Virus record (IMG/VR): IMGVR_UViG_3300020045_003040
Location: 1 to 32,920 of that record
Source: a virus
Lineage: Duplodnaviria; Caudoviricetes
Strand: one strand, 5' to 3'
Length of the DNA: 32,920 nucleotides
Both the position numbers and the translations under genes were made by a program. This document shows positions 8,440 through 16,902 of the stretch, piece by piece. Position 1 is the first letter of the stretch; the number at the start of each line of letters is the position of its first letter. Below the pieces are notes generated by a model. The model worked only from the letters and a program-made list of their open reading frames with translations. It was not told the origin of the DNA and ran no database searches.

Positions 8440-9976
8440 GCGGCTCAGTTCCCCAGCTATCTTCGGTATTGGCGGCAATCGGGATGGCAAAAGTCAGTGC
8501 CGAGGCATCGCCCAAATCCGGGCTGAACCCGAACCGTGCGCGAATGCTGTCCTTTGGCTCGATTACCAGCTCGTTGTTCGATTTGTAGCGCGTCTGGCCC
8601 TTGCCCCATGCGGGCGCGGCCAGATCGGCGTGTAGTTCGTCAAGGTCCGGGATTTGCACCTCGCCTTGCAGCCAGTCGCGCATCACGTCCCACATTTCCG
8701 CGCGGCGGTTCTCGTACAGTTCGTCGCCGGTTGGCCCGACCCCAATCGGATTGGAGCCAAAGTTGACCGCGTTGACGATATGTCCGTAACCCAGTTCGAG
8801 CAGCCTATCGACCACCCCGGCACCCAGCCCGCCGACATCGACATTGACCGCCGCCGGGTTGAATTTCTTGATGATCCCGACCACGTGGCCAACAATCGTC
8901 ATGGTGTCGTCAAAGTCCCACGTCGCGCAGACATTGTGCCCCAGTTTGCGCCCGATGCGGTCAATCACCCCGGTCTTGTCGCCGCCACCACGCGCCGGAT
9001 CGACGCCGATGATAATTGCGCCTTGCGGGATAACCTTGCGCACCCGCGCCATCGCAATGTTCGCCGAAGGGATGAAACTGTTGCCCGCCGTCTGAAACGC
9101 CTCGTCCGCGTTGCTCGGGTATTCCTGCTTGAACTTCCAGCACGGCTCGTCATCGGCTTGACCCGTTGCCGTCGCCATGTCGCGGTTCTTGAGGTACGCC
9201 CAGTAGAGTTGATCGCGCGTCAGCCGGTTGGCCGTCTGGTAATCGCTCCACTTGCCCGGCTCCTGCCAATCGTCATGGCAGGGGGTGGTGTAGCCATCAT
9301 CCCAAAACCACGGCATAAACACCGCGATATCCTCGCTCGCGCCGCGTTCCGCCGCCTTGTATCGCCGCTGGTAGACGTTGCCGATCCCGTTGGCCGTCGA
9401 TTCAAATATACGCTCAGTGCCGTCAATATCAGCAATGGCCTGCAACAGCCCCGCCGTATGCTCTTCAGCATTGGGCCAGAAACCGACTTCGGACCCGTGA
9501 AACAACTGGATCGTAGCCGAGCGCCCGACTTCCTTGGTCCCCGCCGTTGCCACCGCGTAGGAGCATTCCCGCCCCGCGAAGTTCAACTCCTTGGCGTTCG
9601 ACGCGCCGGTATCATGCTTAGCCCAGTCCGGCACCAGTTCATGATAACGCTTGGTCATCTTAAACAGGTTGTCGGTCGCCGCCTGCTCATGCGTCAAGAT
9701 AAACGCGTTCAGGCCCTTGCCGCCCCATAACCGCCAGTAGAACCGGCCTTGAATATAGGTCGAGCAGCCCATTTGCCGCCCCTTGAGGACGATGGCGCGG
9801 ACCTTGCCGGTCTTGCGCCGCTGTTCTTCCAATTGCTCGTGCAGCCGCTTCTGTGCCCGGTTCAGCGCGAACGGGACGATATGCCCGGACTTGATGCGGA
9901 TGCGCAGGCAGTGCTTGGCGAAATACTCGAAGTCATCGCGCAGCCGCCGCAACTTGGCTTGGTCAAACTCAGCCAT
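8411..9976 (-). CDS. terL: terminase large subunit
   Basis: Walker A-like VLKGRQMGCST, Walker B LFHGSEVGFW, coupling motif ESTANG, RNase H-like IIIGVDPARGGGDKT and SPDLGDA; start at ATG 9976. Confidence 0.95.
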   Translation of the reverse strand: MAEFDQAKLRRLRDDFEYFAKHCLRIRIKSGHIVPFALNRAQKRLHEQLEEQRRKTGKVRAIVLKGRQMGCSTYIQGRFYWRLWGGKGLNAFILTHEQAATDNLFKMTKRYHELVPDWAKHDTGASNAKELNFAGRECSYAVATAGTKEVGRSATIQLFHGSEVGFWPNAEEHTAGLLQAIADIDGTERIFESTANGIGNVYQRRYKAAERGASEDIAVFMPWFWDDGYTTPCHDDWQEPGKWSDYQTANRLTRDQLYWAYLKNRDMATATGQADDEPCWKFKQEYPSNADEAFQTAGNSFIPSANIAMARVRKVIPQGAIIIGVDPARGGGDKTGVIDRIGRKLGHNVCATWDFDDTMTIVGHVVGIIKKFNPAAVNVDVGGLGAGVVDRLLELGYGHIVNAVNFGSNPIGVGPTGDELYENRRAEMWDVMRDWLQGEVQIPDLDELHADLAAPAWGKGQTRYKSNNELVIEPKDSIRARFGFSPDLGDASALTFAIPIAANTEDSWGTEPHGRSSTTGY

Positions 9977-10337
9977 CCAGCGTGTCCAGCGCCGCGCCAA
10001 GGTTCAGCGTGTGTTCTTGCGCGAACCGCTCCTTGAACGCCTGCACGTCGATATGCTTGCCGATCAGGTCCAGCGTTTGACGTTCGTTGGTGCGGTCGTT
10101 CTCAGTCTTGCATCGGCTATGTAGGTCCACCGCATTGCGCAACACCCATTCCGCGTCGATCTCCAGCTTAGCCGCGCGCTTAGCCATTTCATCCGAGATA
10201 GCGGCGCAGATGTCGTCTCGTGCCATAAGCTGCGCGGCATAGACATTCGGATGCATGTAACCAGCACGGGAAGCTGCGGCGGTGGCGTTCAGGTCAATCA
10301 GATACTCTTTGACAAACTCGGCCTGTTTCGGAGTCAT
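9969..10337 (-). CDS. terS: terminase small subunit
   Basis: TPKQAEFVKEYLIDLNATAAASRAGY HTH motif; overlaps the terL start. Confidence 0.92.
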   Translation of the reverse strand: MTPKQAEFVKEYLIDLNATAAASRAGYMHPNVYAAQLMARDDICAAISDEMAKRAAKLEIDAEWVLRNAVDLHSRCKTENDRTNERQTLDLIGKHIDVQAFKERFAQEHTLNLGAALDTLDG

Positions 10338-10349
10338 GGCGCTATGGCC

Positions 10350-10601
10350 TCAATCTGGTTCAGCCGCCGTCAGTATCAGGTCGGGCGGCGCGGAAACGGC
10401 CATAATCAGGTCCGCCAGTTCGTTTTGTATCTGGTCGGTCTTGTATTTGATCTGCCCGTGGCGGCGCTTGGCTTCGGCAAGGCGCAAATCATATGCAACG
10501 ACGTGCGCCTCTGCGTCTTCCACGTCCTGCAATGCAGCGTGTTCGGTCGCGCGCCATACCGTGAGATTGTCGATAAGGATGGCTATGGGCGCGATGTCCA
10601 T
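10350..10601 (-). CDS. hypothetical protein (coiled coil), first gene of the late operon
   Basis: 83-aa ORF, GGAAGGGTGA RBS-like sequence upstream. Confidence 0.55.
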   Translation of the reverse strand: MDIAPIAILIDNLTVWRATEHAALQDVEDAEAHVVAYDLRLAEAKRRHGQIKYKTDQIQNELADLIMAVSAPPDLILTAAEPD

Positions 10602-10735
10602 ACATCACCCTTCCGTTTACCTTCCCACGCGATCAGTGCCGCAAGCTGTCCCGGGAGGCTCTGAGCCATCTATGCTTGGCTGCGGGTGACGATGGGAAGT
10701 TAGCGCGGCAGGATTGGTGGCTGCGCGCCAAATGC

Positions 10736-10770
10736 AAAAAGGTGGCCCGCCGCATACGCAGAGAGCCACC
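10736..10770 (-). terminator. intrinsic terminator just downstream of the putative late promoter
   Basis: Minus strand GGTGGCTCTCTGC-GTAT-GCGGCGGGCCACC followed by TTTTT. Confidence 0.75.
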
Positions 10771-10781
10771 GTCATTTACGG

Positions 10782-10810
10782 ACAATCCGGGATTTGCAGG
10801 CAATTGTCAA
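10782..10810 (-). promoter_or_regulatory. putative sigma70 late promoter TTGACA-N17-GATTGT
   Basis: Perfect -35 overlapping the stop codon of 10807..11403, 17-nt spacer, -10 keeps A-11 and T-7. Confidence 0.55.
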
Positions 10811-11403
10811 GCGGCAATCGGTTTCGGCAATTTGTTGCCCGCCACCACATCGAGCGCGCGCATCGCCTTGGCCAGTTTCTGCACCGCCGCAATGTCGGGC
10901 GTCTTGCCGTGGCGTTTGGCCCATATAAGTTGCTCAAGCCAATCCGGGCCGTGGTCGGGGTTGATGTCGAGAACAAGCTGGTCAAACACGCGGCGGGTCA
11001 TGCGTGACGCGTCCATGCGGTCCACGGCAGACAGCGTTTCGTTCAGCCGCCGTTCGCGGTCGATCTTGCGCTGGCGTTCATCCTGATCCATCGGTTCGGG
11101 CGCGCTCCCCCCGCCGGTTTGATCGCCCAGGCATGACTTTTCAACGCCGACGCCGAACATCGGCCAATATGCCCGGAATATTGCCCGCGCCGCATTGCGC
11201 AGGTTCAGGCCGTCCTCGCCCAGCAGTCCCGCGACATACGCGCGGCCAATCGCGTCCGCGCCATCAGAACCGTAAACGCTCTGCTTGTCGCGCGCCCAGT
11301 CGGTGCCGTGATCGTACAGGATCACCACCTTGCCCTTGCGCGACAGCCTGCCGTTGGGTTCCCGTTTGCCCGACTTCGCTTTACGTCCTGCCCGTGCCAT
11401 CAA
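10807..11403 (-). CDS. putative late-gene regulator (Q-position antiterminator/activator)
   Basis: 198 aa; basic N-terminus GRKAKSGKREPNGRLSR; last gene before the promoter-terminator pair preceding terS; function inferred from position. Confidence 0.5.
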   Translation of the reverse strand: MMARAGRKAKSGKREPNGRLSRKGKVVILYDHGTDWARDKQSVYGSDGADAIGRAYVAGLLGEDGLNLRNAARAIFRAYWPMFGVGVEKSCLGDQTGGGSAPEPMDQDERQRKIDRERRLNETLSAVDRMDASRMTRRVFDQLVLDINPDHGPDWLEQLIWAKRHGKTPDIAAVQKLAKAMRALDVVAGNKLPKPIAA

Positions 11404-11474
11404 ATGTCCCCTAAAATCGCTTTTAAGCCCGTGGAGGGCGTGAACTAAGATTTACCAACCCAACTGCCGCCCCA

Positions 11475-11735
11475 TCACTTCCCCCCATCCATGAAATTAT
11501 GCCGCCACCGCGCAGCCATGAACTTCGCCAGTTCTGTTTTTGTAGCCGGGTCAACATCCATGCCGTGAACCAGAATGTGTTCCAGCACCGCGCCGCATTC
11601 GCGTTCATATCGACACGCCGCGCGGAATGCATCTACCTCGCTGCGAAGTGCATCGGTCAGTTCCAGATATAACAGCCCGGCAGACTCGCTAAATCCGCCA
11701 AGCGTGTTCAGTTGCAAGTTGGAATAGTTTCCCAT
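11475..11735 (-). CDS. hypothetical protein (86 aa, MGNYSNLQL...)
   Basis: ATG at 11735 in a TGATG overlap after GAGGGGG; flanked by 15-bp direct repeats. Confidence 0.55.
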   Translation of the reverse strand: MGNYSNLQLNTLGGFSESAGLLYLELTDALRSEVDAFRAACRYERECGAVLEHILVHGMDVDPATKTELAKFMAARWRHNFMDGGK

Positions 11736-11827
11736 CACTTCCCCCTCATCCCGAGCCAAGCCCGCGCGTATGTGTTGTTCAGGTAGGGCGGCGTGTCGGT
11801 CGACCACCACGTGCTTTCGTTTGTCAT
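11735..11827 (-). CDS. 30-aa micro-ORF or gene remnant (MTNESTWWSTDTPPYLNNTYARAWLGMRGK)
   Basis: Translated by hand; AGGGG RBS; downstream of a promoter-like element; TGATG-coupled to next gene. Confidence 0.4.
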   Translation of the reverse strand: MTNESTWWSTDTPPYLNNTYARAWLGMRGK

Positions 11828-11851
11828 GAAATGCCCCTGTGTGTTGTTCTG

Positions 11852-11880
11852 GTAATACACCGCCCTAGCGGCCCCTGCAA
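11852..11880 (-). promoter_or_regulatory. putative sigma70 promoter TTGCAG-N17-TATTAC
   Basis: 17-nt spacing, upstream of RBS and ATG 11827. Confidence 0.45.
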
Positions 11881-11885
11881 TGCGT

Positions 11886-12000
11886 TGACCCTGTGACCCT
11901 AGCCCTTAAGGGGCTAGGGGTCAGGGAGGGTCAAAAAACGCCTTGTTTTGCCCCTTTTTGACCCTGACCCTTTTTTTGACCCTAGGGTCATTTAGGGTCA
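11886..12000. repeat. array of nine TGACCC/GGGTCA hexamers with palindromes; candidate replication origin
   Basis: TGACCC at 11886, 11894, 11959, 11965, 11977; GGGTCA at 11918, 11928, 11985, 11995; perfect palindrome TGACCCTAGGGTCA at 11977-11990. Confidence 0.85.
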
Positions 12001-14001
12001 ACAATTCTTCCGCATAATCATGGCGCTGGAATGGACCTGATCGACCATGATCCAGCCGTGTTCGAGAGGGGCAATCACCTCAGCCAAAGTGAGTGCCCCA
12101 ATCAGTTTGTCGGTGTACGACGGGTTGGTCATATTGCGGATTGTGCGCTCCGCCATGCCGTCGGCGGACAGTGCGTCCTTAAGCGCCGAACGGGACAGGT
12201 AGGGAGCGCCGTCGCGGTCTTCAGCACCCGACGCCCACCAAGCGCGTTCCCATTGCTTGCGGTGCCCTTCGACCTTGGATTCCTTGGCGCGCGGTGACGG
12301 GCCTTCCGAGGCGACGACTACCGCGCTGGTGACTTGCTCGCCGTCGTCATCGAGCCAACCGGGGATAGGGACGCTAACGAGGTTAGCATAGACCGGCTGG
12401 GCCATTTCGGAATCCTTGGCCTTGCGCTGCACGATCTCCATTGGCCTGCCCTCTTTTGCCGGGACGATGCTGATTTCGATCTCTAAAGCGCCTTTCCATG
12501 CCGATGAGCCGCGCGCGCGGTGCTGAGCCTCGTCTGATACGCCAGTATGATGGACCAGCAGCACCGAGCAATTGAACTCGGCCATAATGCCCGCGCAGGC
12601 GTCAAGCATAGTCTTAGTGTCCATTGCCGAGTTCTCATCGCCCGCAAGGAAGCGGTGCAGGGTATCGACCACGATCAGGCAAGGGACGGAGGGCAGGGCG
12701 CGGATGTTGTCAACGACGCGGCGATAGCCTTCCGGGGTATTGAGGTCGCAGCCGTCCCGCGATAGCCACATGGATAGAGGGCCGGGGCGATTATGCTCAC
12801 GCCATACGGCAACGCGCCCACGCAAGCCGTGATGGCCTTCGCCCGCCAGATATACGACCGAGCCGGGGCGGGTGCGGTTGCCGTGCCATTCGGGTAGACC
12901 GGCGGCGATGGACAGGCACCAATCAAGGACGACAAAGGTTTTTCCGCCGCCGCTGGGGCCGTGGACCATAATTAAGGCTTGGTCTTGCAGCCAATGCTTG
13001 ACCAGCCAGCGGATAGGCGCGGGGGACTGGGCGAAGTCATCGGCGGGGATCAGCCAATCCGAGACGGGCGGTTGGAGGAGCGCCATTAGATTGCCCCCAG
13101 CTTGCGCGTAATCGTTGACATCCCCCAACGTGGGCGGGAGTATAAACCGCGCGCCGGTTTTGACGGAGGCTTGCTCCGCGTAACGCTGGCCGGTCCCGCT
13201 GTCGTCATTGTCCGCGACGATGACAATATCCTGTGCCGCGCCGTAACGCTCCCGCATGGCGGTGGCGGCAGCTGGTAGGTTGCTTGCACTGTAAGCGACC
13301 ACGCAAGGGCGGTTGGTGCATTCGTGGATAGTTGCGGCGGTGGCGAAGCCCTCGGCGATGTAGAGGATGCCGGGATCGTCCATTGTGCCGACGATCCACA
13401 TACTCCCCGACGCCTGCCCACCGGCCTGGAATAGTTTACCGCCCTTGTCGTCGATGTACTGGAGCGAGGTAAGCGCCCCGGCGTCGTTGTAGAGCGGGAT
13501 AACCAAGCGTCCATCGCCGGTAACGCGCGCGCCATTGGTCTGAATGCCCTTGCGCATAAGATAGGGATGCGCCGGGTCTGCGGCGGTGCAGTCGACCCAT
13601 ATTTTCCCCACCGTATCGGCGGCGACCTCCCGGCCCTTCGCCACCTCGGCATCGCGTAGCTTGCGGGCCTCGGCCATGCGGCGGCTGTTCGCCATTTCCT
13701 CGGCGGTCGATAGGACGCGGCCAATATCCGCGCGCCACGCCACTTCAACGCCAGCGCGCCAGCAACCAAACCGGCCCGCTGCGATGCCATCGCCAAACGC
13801 TATATACCAGCCGGTCTTGTCACCCTTGCCCGGCTCGCCTTTCAAGCCACTGGCAAAGCGGTGCAGCTTGCCGTCTAGATGTATGATTGGCGGGGTTAAC
13901 CCCATTGCTTCCATTGCAGAACGTAGTTGTAATTCTGGTGGTTCTTGTGCGACTGCTGCCGGTGGGGACCACGGTCCCCCCAGCACATTGGTTAAATCCA
14001 T
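11998..14001 (-). CDS. primase-helicase (Toprim primase + RecA-like AAA_25/RepA-type helicase)
   Basis: Toprim YIAEGFATA, IVIVADNDD, GDVNDY; Walker A GPSGGGKT, Walker B LIVVDT, LLVHHTG, ARGSSAW. Confidence 0.92.
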   Translation of the reverse strand: MDLTNVLGGPWSPPAAVAQEPPELQLRSAMEAMGLTPPIIHLDGKLHRFASGLKGEPGKGDKTGWYIAFGDGIAAGRFGCWRAGVEVAWRADIGRVLSTAEEMANSRRMAEARKLRDAEVAKGREVAADTVGKIWVDCTAADPAHPYLMRKGIQTNGARVTGDGRLVIPLYNDAGALTSLQYIDDKGGKLFQAGGQASGSMWIVGTMDDPGILYIAEGFATAATIHECTNRPCVVAYSASNLPAAATAMRERYGAAQDIVIVADNDDSGTGQRYAEQASVKTGARFILPPTLGDVNDYAQAGGNLMALLQPPVSDWLIPADDFAQSPAPIRWLVKHWLQDQALIMVHGPSGGGKTFVVLDWCLSIAAGLPEWHGNRTRPGSVVYLAGEGHHGLRGRVAVWREHNRPGPLSMWLSRDGCDLNTPEGYRRVVDNIRALPSVPCLIVVDTLHRFLAGDENSAMDTKTMLDACAGIMAEFNCSVLLVHHTGVSDEAQHRARGSSAWKGALEIEISIVPAKEGRPMEIVQRKAKDSEMAQPVYANLVSVPIPGWLDDDGEQVTSAVVVASEGPSPRAKESKVEGHRKQWERAWWASGAEDRDGAPYLSRSALKDALSADGMAERTIRNMTNPSYTDKLIGALTLAEVIAPLEHGWIMVDQVHSSAMIMRKNC

Positions 14002-14023
14002 TAATGCCCCCGAATGTACGACT

Positions 14024-14188
14024 CTAATTTTCTAGATAGTCTGACAGCTTCTTCAGAATTGCATAGGTGGGGTTGACATTTGCCCCCGAGCGTATTGCAT
14101 AGATCGTGTTGCGGTGGATTCCGGTTCGCTCCGCCACCTTATCAATGTTGCGGTCGGCAAGCGCCTCCCGTATTTTCTCTAAATCCAT
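14024..14188 (-). CDS. Cro/XRE-like HTH regulator (54 aa, not in the ORF track)
   Basis: Translated by hand: MDLEKIREALADRNIDKVAERTGIHRNTIYAIRSGANVNPTYAILKKLSDYLEN; GGGGA RBS. Confidence 0.85.
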   Translation of the reverse strand: MDLEKIREALADRNIDKVAERTGIHRNTIYAIRSGANVNPTYAILKKLSDYLEN

Positions 14189-14214
14189 CAATTTGTTTCC
14201 CCGTTCACAATAGG

Positions 14215-14247
14215 GGGTTTACACGTTACCAATACGGCTGTAAACCC
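14215..14247. promoter_or_regulatory. symmetric bidirectional promoter/operator GGGTTTACA-N15-TGTAAACCC
   Basis: Reads TTTACA-N17-TAAACC on both strands, between divergent genes 14188(-) and 14299(+). Confidence 0.7.
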
Positions 14248-14298
14248 TTGGACACGCACTAACCGGATATTCCGAACGGTGCTGAACGGAGACTAGCA

Positions 14299-14976
14299 AT
14301 GGCAATCAATATCAAGCGGACGGGTGCGCTTGCGGTCAACGGCGTCAAGCTGTTGGTCTACGGCCCAGCCGGGGCCGGTAAAACTTCCTTGATCCGAACG
14401 CTGCCCAATCCGATTGTGCTTTCGGCTGAGGCGGGACTGCTGTCTTTGGCGGGCGATGACCTGCCGTTTATCGAGGTCAATACGATGGCCGACTTGATGG
14501 AAGCCTACGCATGGCTGACCGACAGCGCTGAGGGACAGGGCTTCGACAGCGTGGCGCTGGATTCGATCTCCGAGATCGCCGAGGTGGTGCTGAACTACGA
14601 GAAGAAGGCCACAAAAGACCCCCGCGCCGCGTATGGTGCGATGCAGGAACAAATGGCCGATCTGGTCCGCGCCTTCCGCGATCTCCCCGGCAAGCATGTT
14701 TACATGTCGGCCAAGCTGGAGAAGTCATCGGATGAAATGGGGCGGCTGCTCTATAATCCGGCGATGCCCGGTAAGATGATGACGCAGCAGATACCTTACT
14801 TCTTTGATGAGGTATTTGCCCTGCGTGTCGAAAAGGATGGCGACGGCGTAACCCAGCGCGCGCTAATGTGTGACAGCGACGGGCTATGGCTCGCCAAGGA
14901 CCGCAGCGGGCGCATGGAGCCTTGGGAAGCCCCTGACTTGGGCGCGGTCATCCGCAAGATCGGCGGTGAAGCATGA
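14299..14976 (+). CDS. AAA_24 / Sak4-like ATPase (single-strand annealing recombinase)
   Basis: KLLVYGPAGAGKT, LSAEAGLLS, SVALDSISE, YFFDEVF, WLAKDRSG. Confidence 0.88.
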   Translation: MAINIKRTGALAVNGVKLLVYGPAGAGKTSLIRTLPNPIVLSAEAGLLSLAGDDLPFIEVNTMADLMEAYAWLTDSAEGQGFDSVALDSISEIAEVVLNYEKKATKDPRAAYGAMQEQMADLVRAFRDLPGKHVYMSAKLEKSSDEMGRLLYNPAMPGKMMTQQIPYFFDEVFALRVEKDGDGVTQRALMCDSDGLWLAKDRSGRMEPWEAPDLGAVIRKIGGEA

Positions 14977-15359
14977 CCGACCTCGCCACCCTCGCCGATG
15001 AATGGCTGACCGCCAAATATGAGGAGGGCTTGGCCGTCGCGCGCCGCCGTGAACTGGAGGACAAAATGCGTTCGCTGATCGGCGTGTCGGATTCCCTCGA
15101 AGGCACTGAGACGGCCACGCCGGGGCATTACGTCATTAAAGTCACGGGGCGCATCGATCGCAAGGTCGATTCCGACAAGTTGCAGGAACTCGCCAACGAG
15201 GCCGGTCTGTCCGCGCACCTTTCAAGTCTTTTCCGGTGGAAGCCGGAGATCAACCTCGCCGTATGGAAGGCCACCGCGCCCGAAATTACTACCGCACTTG
15301 CCCCGGCTATTACGGCCAAGCCGGGACGCCCCTCGTTCCAGATAATTGTGAAGGATTGA
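14973..15359 (+). CDS. conserved hypothetical protein of the Sak4 module
   Basis: 128 aa, ATGA-coupled; LFRWKPEIN and KPGRPSF motifs. Confidence 0.75.
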   Translation: MTDLATLADEWLTAKYEEGLAVARRRELEDKMRSLIGVSDSLEGTETATPGHYVIKVTGRIDRKVDSDKLQELANEAGLSAHLSSLFRWKPEINLAVWKATAPEITTALAPAITAKPGRPSFQIIVKD

Positions 15360-15361
15360 AT

Positions 15362-15841
15362 ATGGCTAATCTAGGTGAAGCATTCTCGACCGACGACCTC
15401 CCGCAGGGGCAGGGCTACGACCTCCTGCCCGATGGCTGGTATTTCGTCACCATCGCCAAGGCGGTCTTGAACAATACCAAGGCAGGCAACGGCCAGAAGA
15501 TTGACCTGCGGCTCGACATCACCGGCCCGACGCATCAGGGGCGAGTGCTGTTCGCGGCGCTCAATATCCGCAACCCCAGCCAGAAGGCCGAGGAAATCGG
15601 ACGCCAGCAGTTGGGCGAAGTCATGCGCGCCATCGGCTTAGCGAAGGTCGAAGATACCGACCAGCTCATCGGCGGTTCGTTGCAGGTCAAGGTCAAGACC
15701 AAGCCCGCCGAGAACGGTTACGAGGCGCGTAACGAGGTGTCTGGTTACAAGGCCGTGGCTGGGTCCGTGCCTCCGGTCGCGGCTGCGAAGGCGACGACGC
15801 CCACCACCACCAGCGCCGCGCCGCCGTGGGCCAAGAAGTAA
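15362..15841 (+). CDS. DUF669-family ssDNA-binding-like protein
   Basis: YDLLPDGWY, GR.LF..LNIRNP..KAEEIG, RNEVSGY, flexible tail ending PPWAKK; start ATG 15362. Confidence 0.85.
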   Translation: MANLGEAFSTDDLPQGQGYDLLPDGWYFVTIAKAVLNNTKAGNGQKIDLRLDITGPTHQGRVLFAALNIRNPSQKAEEIGRQQLGEVMRAIGLAKVEDTDQLIGGSLQVKVKTKPAENGYEARNEVSGYKAVAGSVPPVAAAKATTPTTTSAAPPWAKK

Positions 15842-15848
15842 ACCTACC

Positions 15849-15875
15849 GGGGGCGCTTCGGCGTCCCCACCTTTT
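15849..15875 (+). terminator. cUUCGg hairpin terminator after the DUF669 gene
   Basis: GGGGGCGC-TTCG-GCGTCCCC followed by ACCTTTT. Confidence 0.65.
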
Positions 15876-15888
15876 ACGGAGCGCGCTT

Positions 15889-16902
15889 GTGTCTAAGATT
15901 CCTGAACCCGCCGTCACTATCACCAGCTTGATCGACGCTCACCATGCGGCGCGTGAGGAGCAGCCCCGGCCCCACCTTGGCGCTTCGCAGTTGGGCGAGC
16001 CATGCGAGCGCCGTCTGTGGCTGCAATTCCGTTGGGCCGCGCGTGAGGACTTCTCCGGGCGCATCCTGCGGCTATTCCGGCGCGGCCACAATGAGGAGGC
16101 AACGATTGTCTCCGATCTCCGCGCCATCGGCCTAGATCTTCGCCATACTGGCAAGGATCAACGCCGGGTGAACTTCGGCGCGCATGTATCTGGCAGTCTT
16201 GACGGCGTGGTCGAGGGTGGCGTTCCCGAGGCTCCCAAGGCGCGGCATATCGCCGAGTTCAAGACGCATTCCAAAAAGTCGTTTGACGATCTAGAGCGGC
16301 ACGGCGTCGAGAAGTCGAAGCCGCAGCACTATGCGCAGATGCAAGTTTACATGCTCGGCACCGAGATCGCCCGCGCGCTTTACGTTGCCATCTGCAAGGA
16401 CGATGACCGGATTTACACCGAGCGGGTGAAACTGGATAAGGACGTAGCGCAGCGCCTGGTCGACAAAGGGCGGCGCATTACGCTGTCCGACCGCGCCCCG
16501 CCGCCTATCTCGACCGACCCTAGCTGGTTCCAGTGCAAGTTCTGCCCCGCCTACGGTATGTGCCACCAGAAGGAGCCAACGCGCTTCGCCAATTGCCGCA
16601 CCTGCGTCCATGCGACGGTGCGGGAGGGTGACGTGTTGTGTTCGCTGTGGGGGGACGGCATCCCGACCGACTTCCAGCATCAGGGCTGCGACAGCCACGT
16701 GCTGCACCCCGACCTTGTACCGTGGCCTATGGAACCCGGCGAGGATGGCAAGCACGTCACATGGACCATCGGCGACCGGCGTGTCGTCAACGGCCCCGAT
16801 GGTTACAAGAGCCGGGAGATCGTTGCCAATCCGGGCGCGTGTGGATCCGAGTGGGTGGAGGTGGCGAAGGATGTGTTTCCGGGGGCTGAGGTGATATGCT
16901 GA
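15889..16902 (+). CDS. Cas4-like PD-(D/E)XK exonuclease with Cys cluster
   Basis: RPHLGASQLGEPCERRLW, GSLDG, AEFKT, HYAQMQVYM, CKFCP...C; GTG start at 15889 after GGAG. Confidence 0.85.
   Translation: MSKIPEPAVTITSLIDAHHAAREEQPRPHLGASQLGEPCERRLWLQFRWAAREDFSGRILRLFRRGHNEEATIVSDLRAIGLDLRHTGKDQRRVNFGAHVSGSLDGVVEGGVPEAPKARHIAEFKTHSKKSFDDLERHGVEKSKPQHYAQMQVYMLGTEIARALYVAICKDDDRIYTERVKLDKDVAQRLVDKGRRITLSDRAPPPISTDPSWFQCKFCPAYGMCHQKEPTRFANCRTCVHATVREGDVLCSLWGDGIPTDFQHQGCDSHVLHPDLVPWPMEPGEDGKHVTWTIGDRRVVNGPDGYKSREIVANPGACGSEWVEVAKDVFPGAEVIC

Noticed and set aside
8654-9730. 358-aa plus-strand ORF within terL
   Set aside because: Antisense shadow of terL with no motif.
11886-12000. Possible CRISPR or mini-array
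   Set aside because: Repeats are 6-7 bp in both orientations with irregular short gaps; no ~30-bp repeat-spacer periodicity.
15889-16902. Cas4 as evidence of a CRISPR-Cas system
   Set aside because: No cas1/cas2, effector or array in the window; the context is a phage recombination operon.
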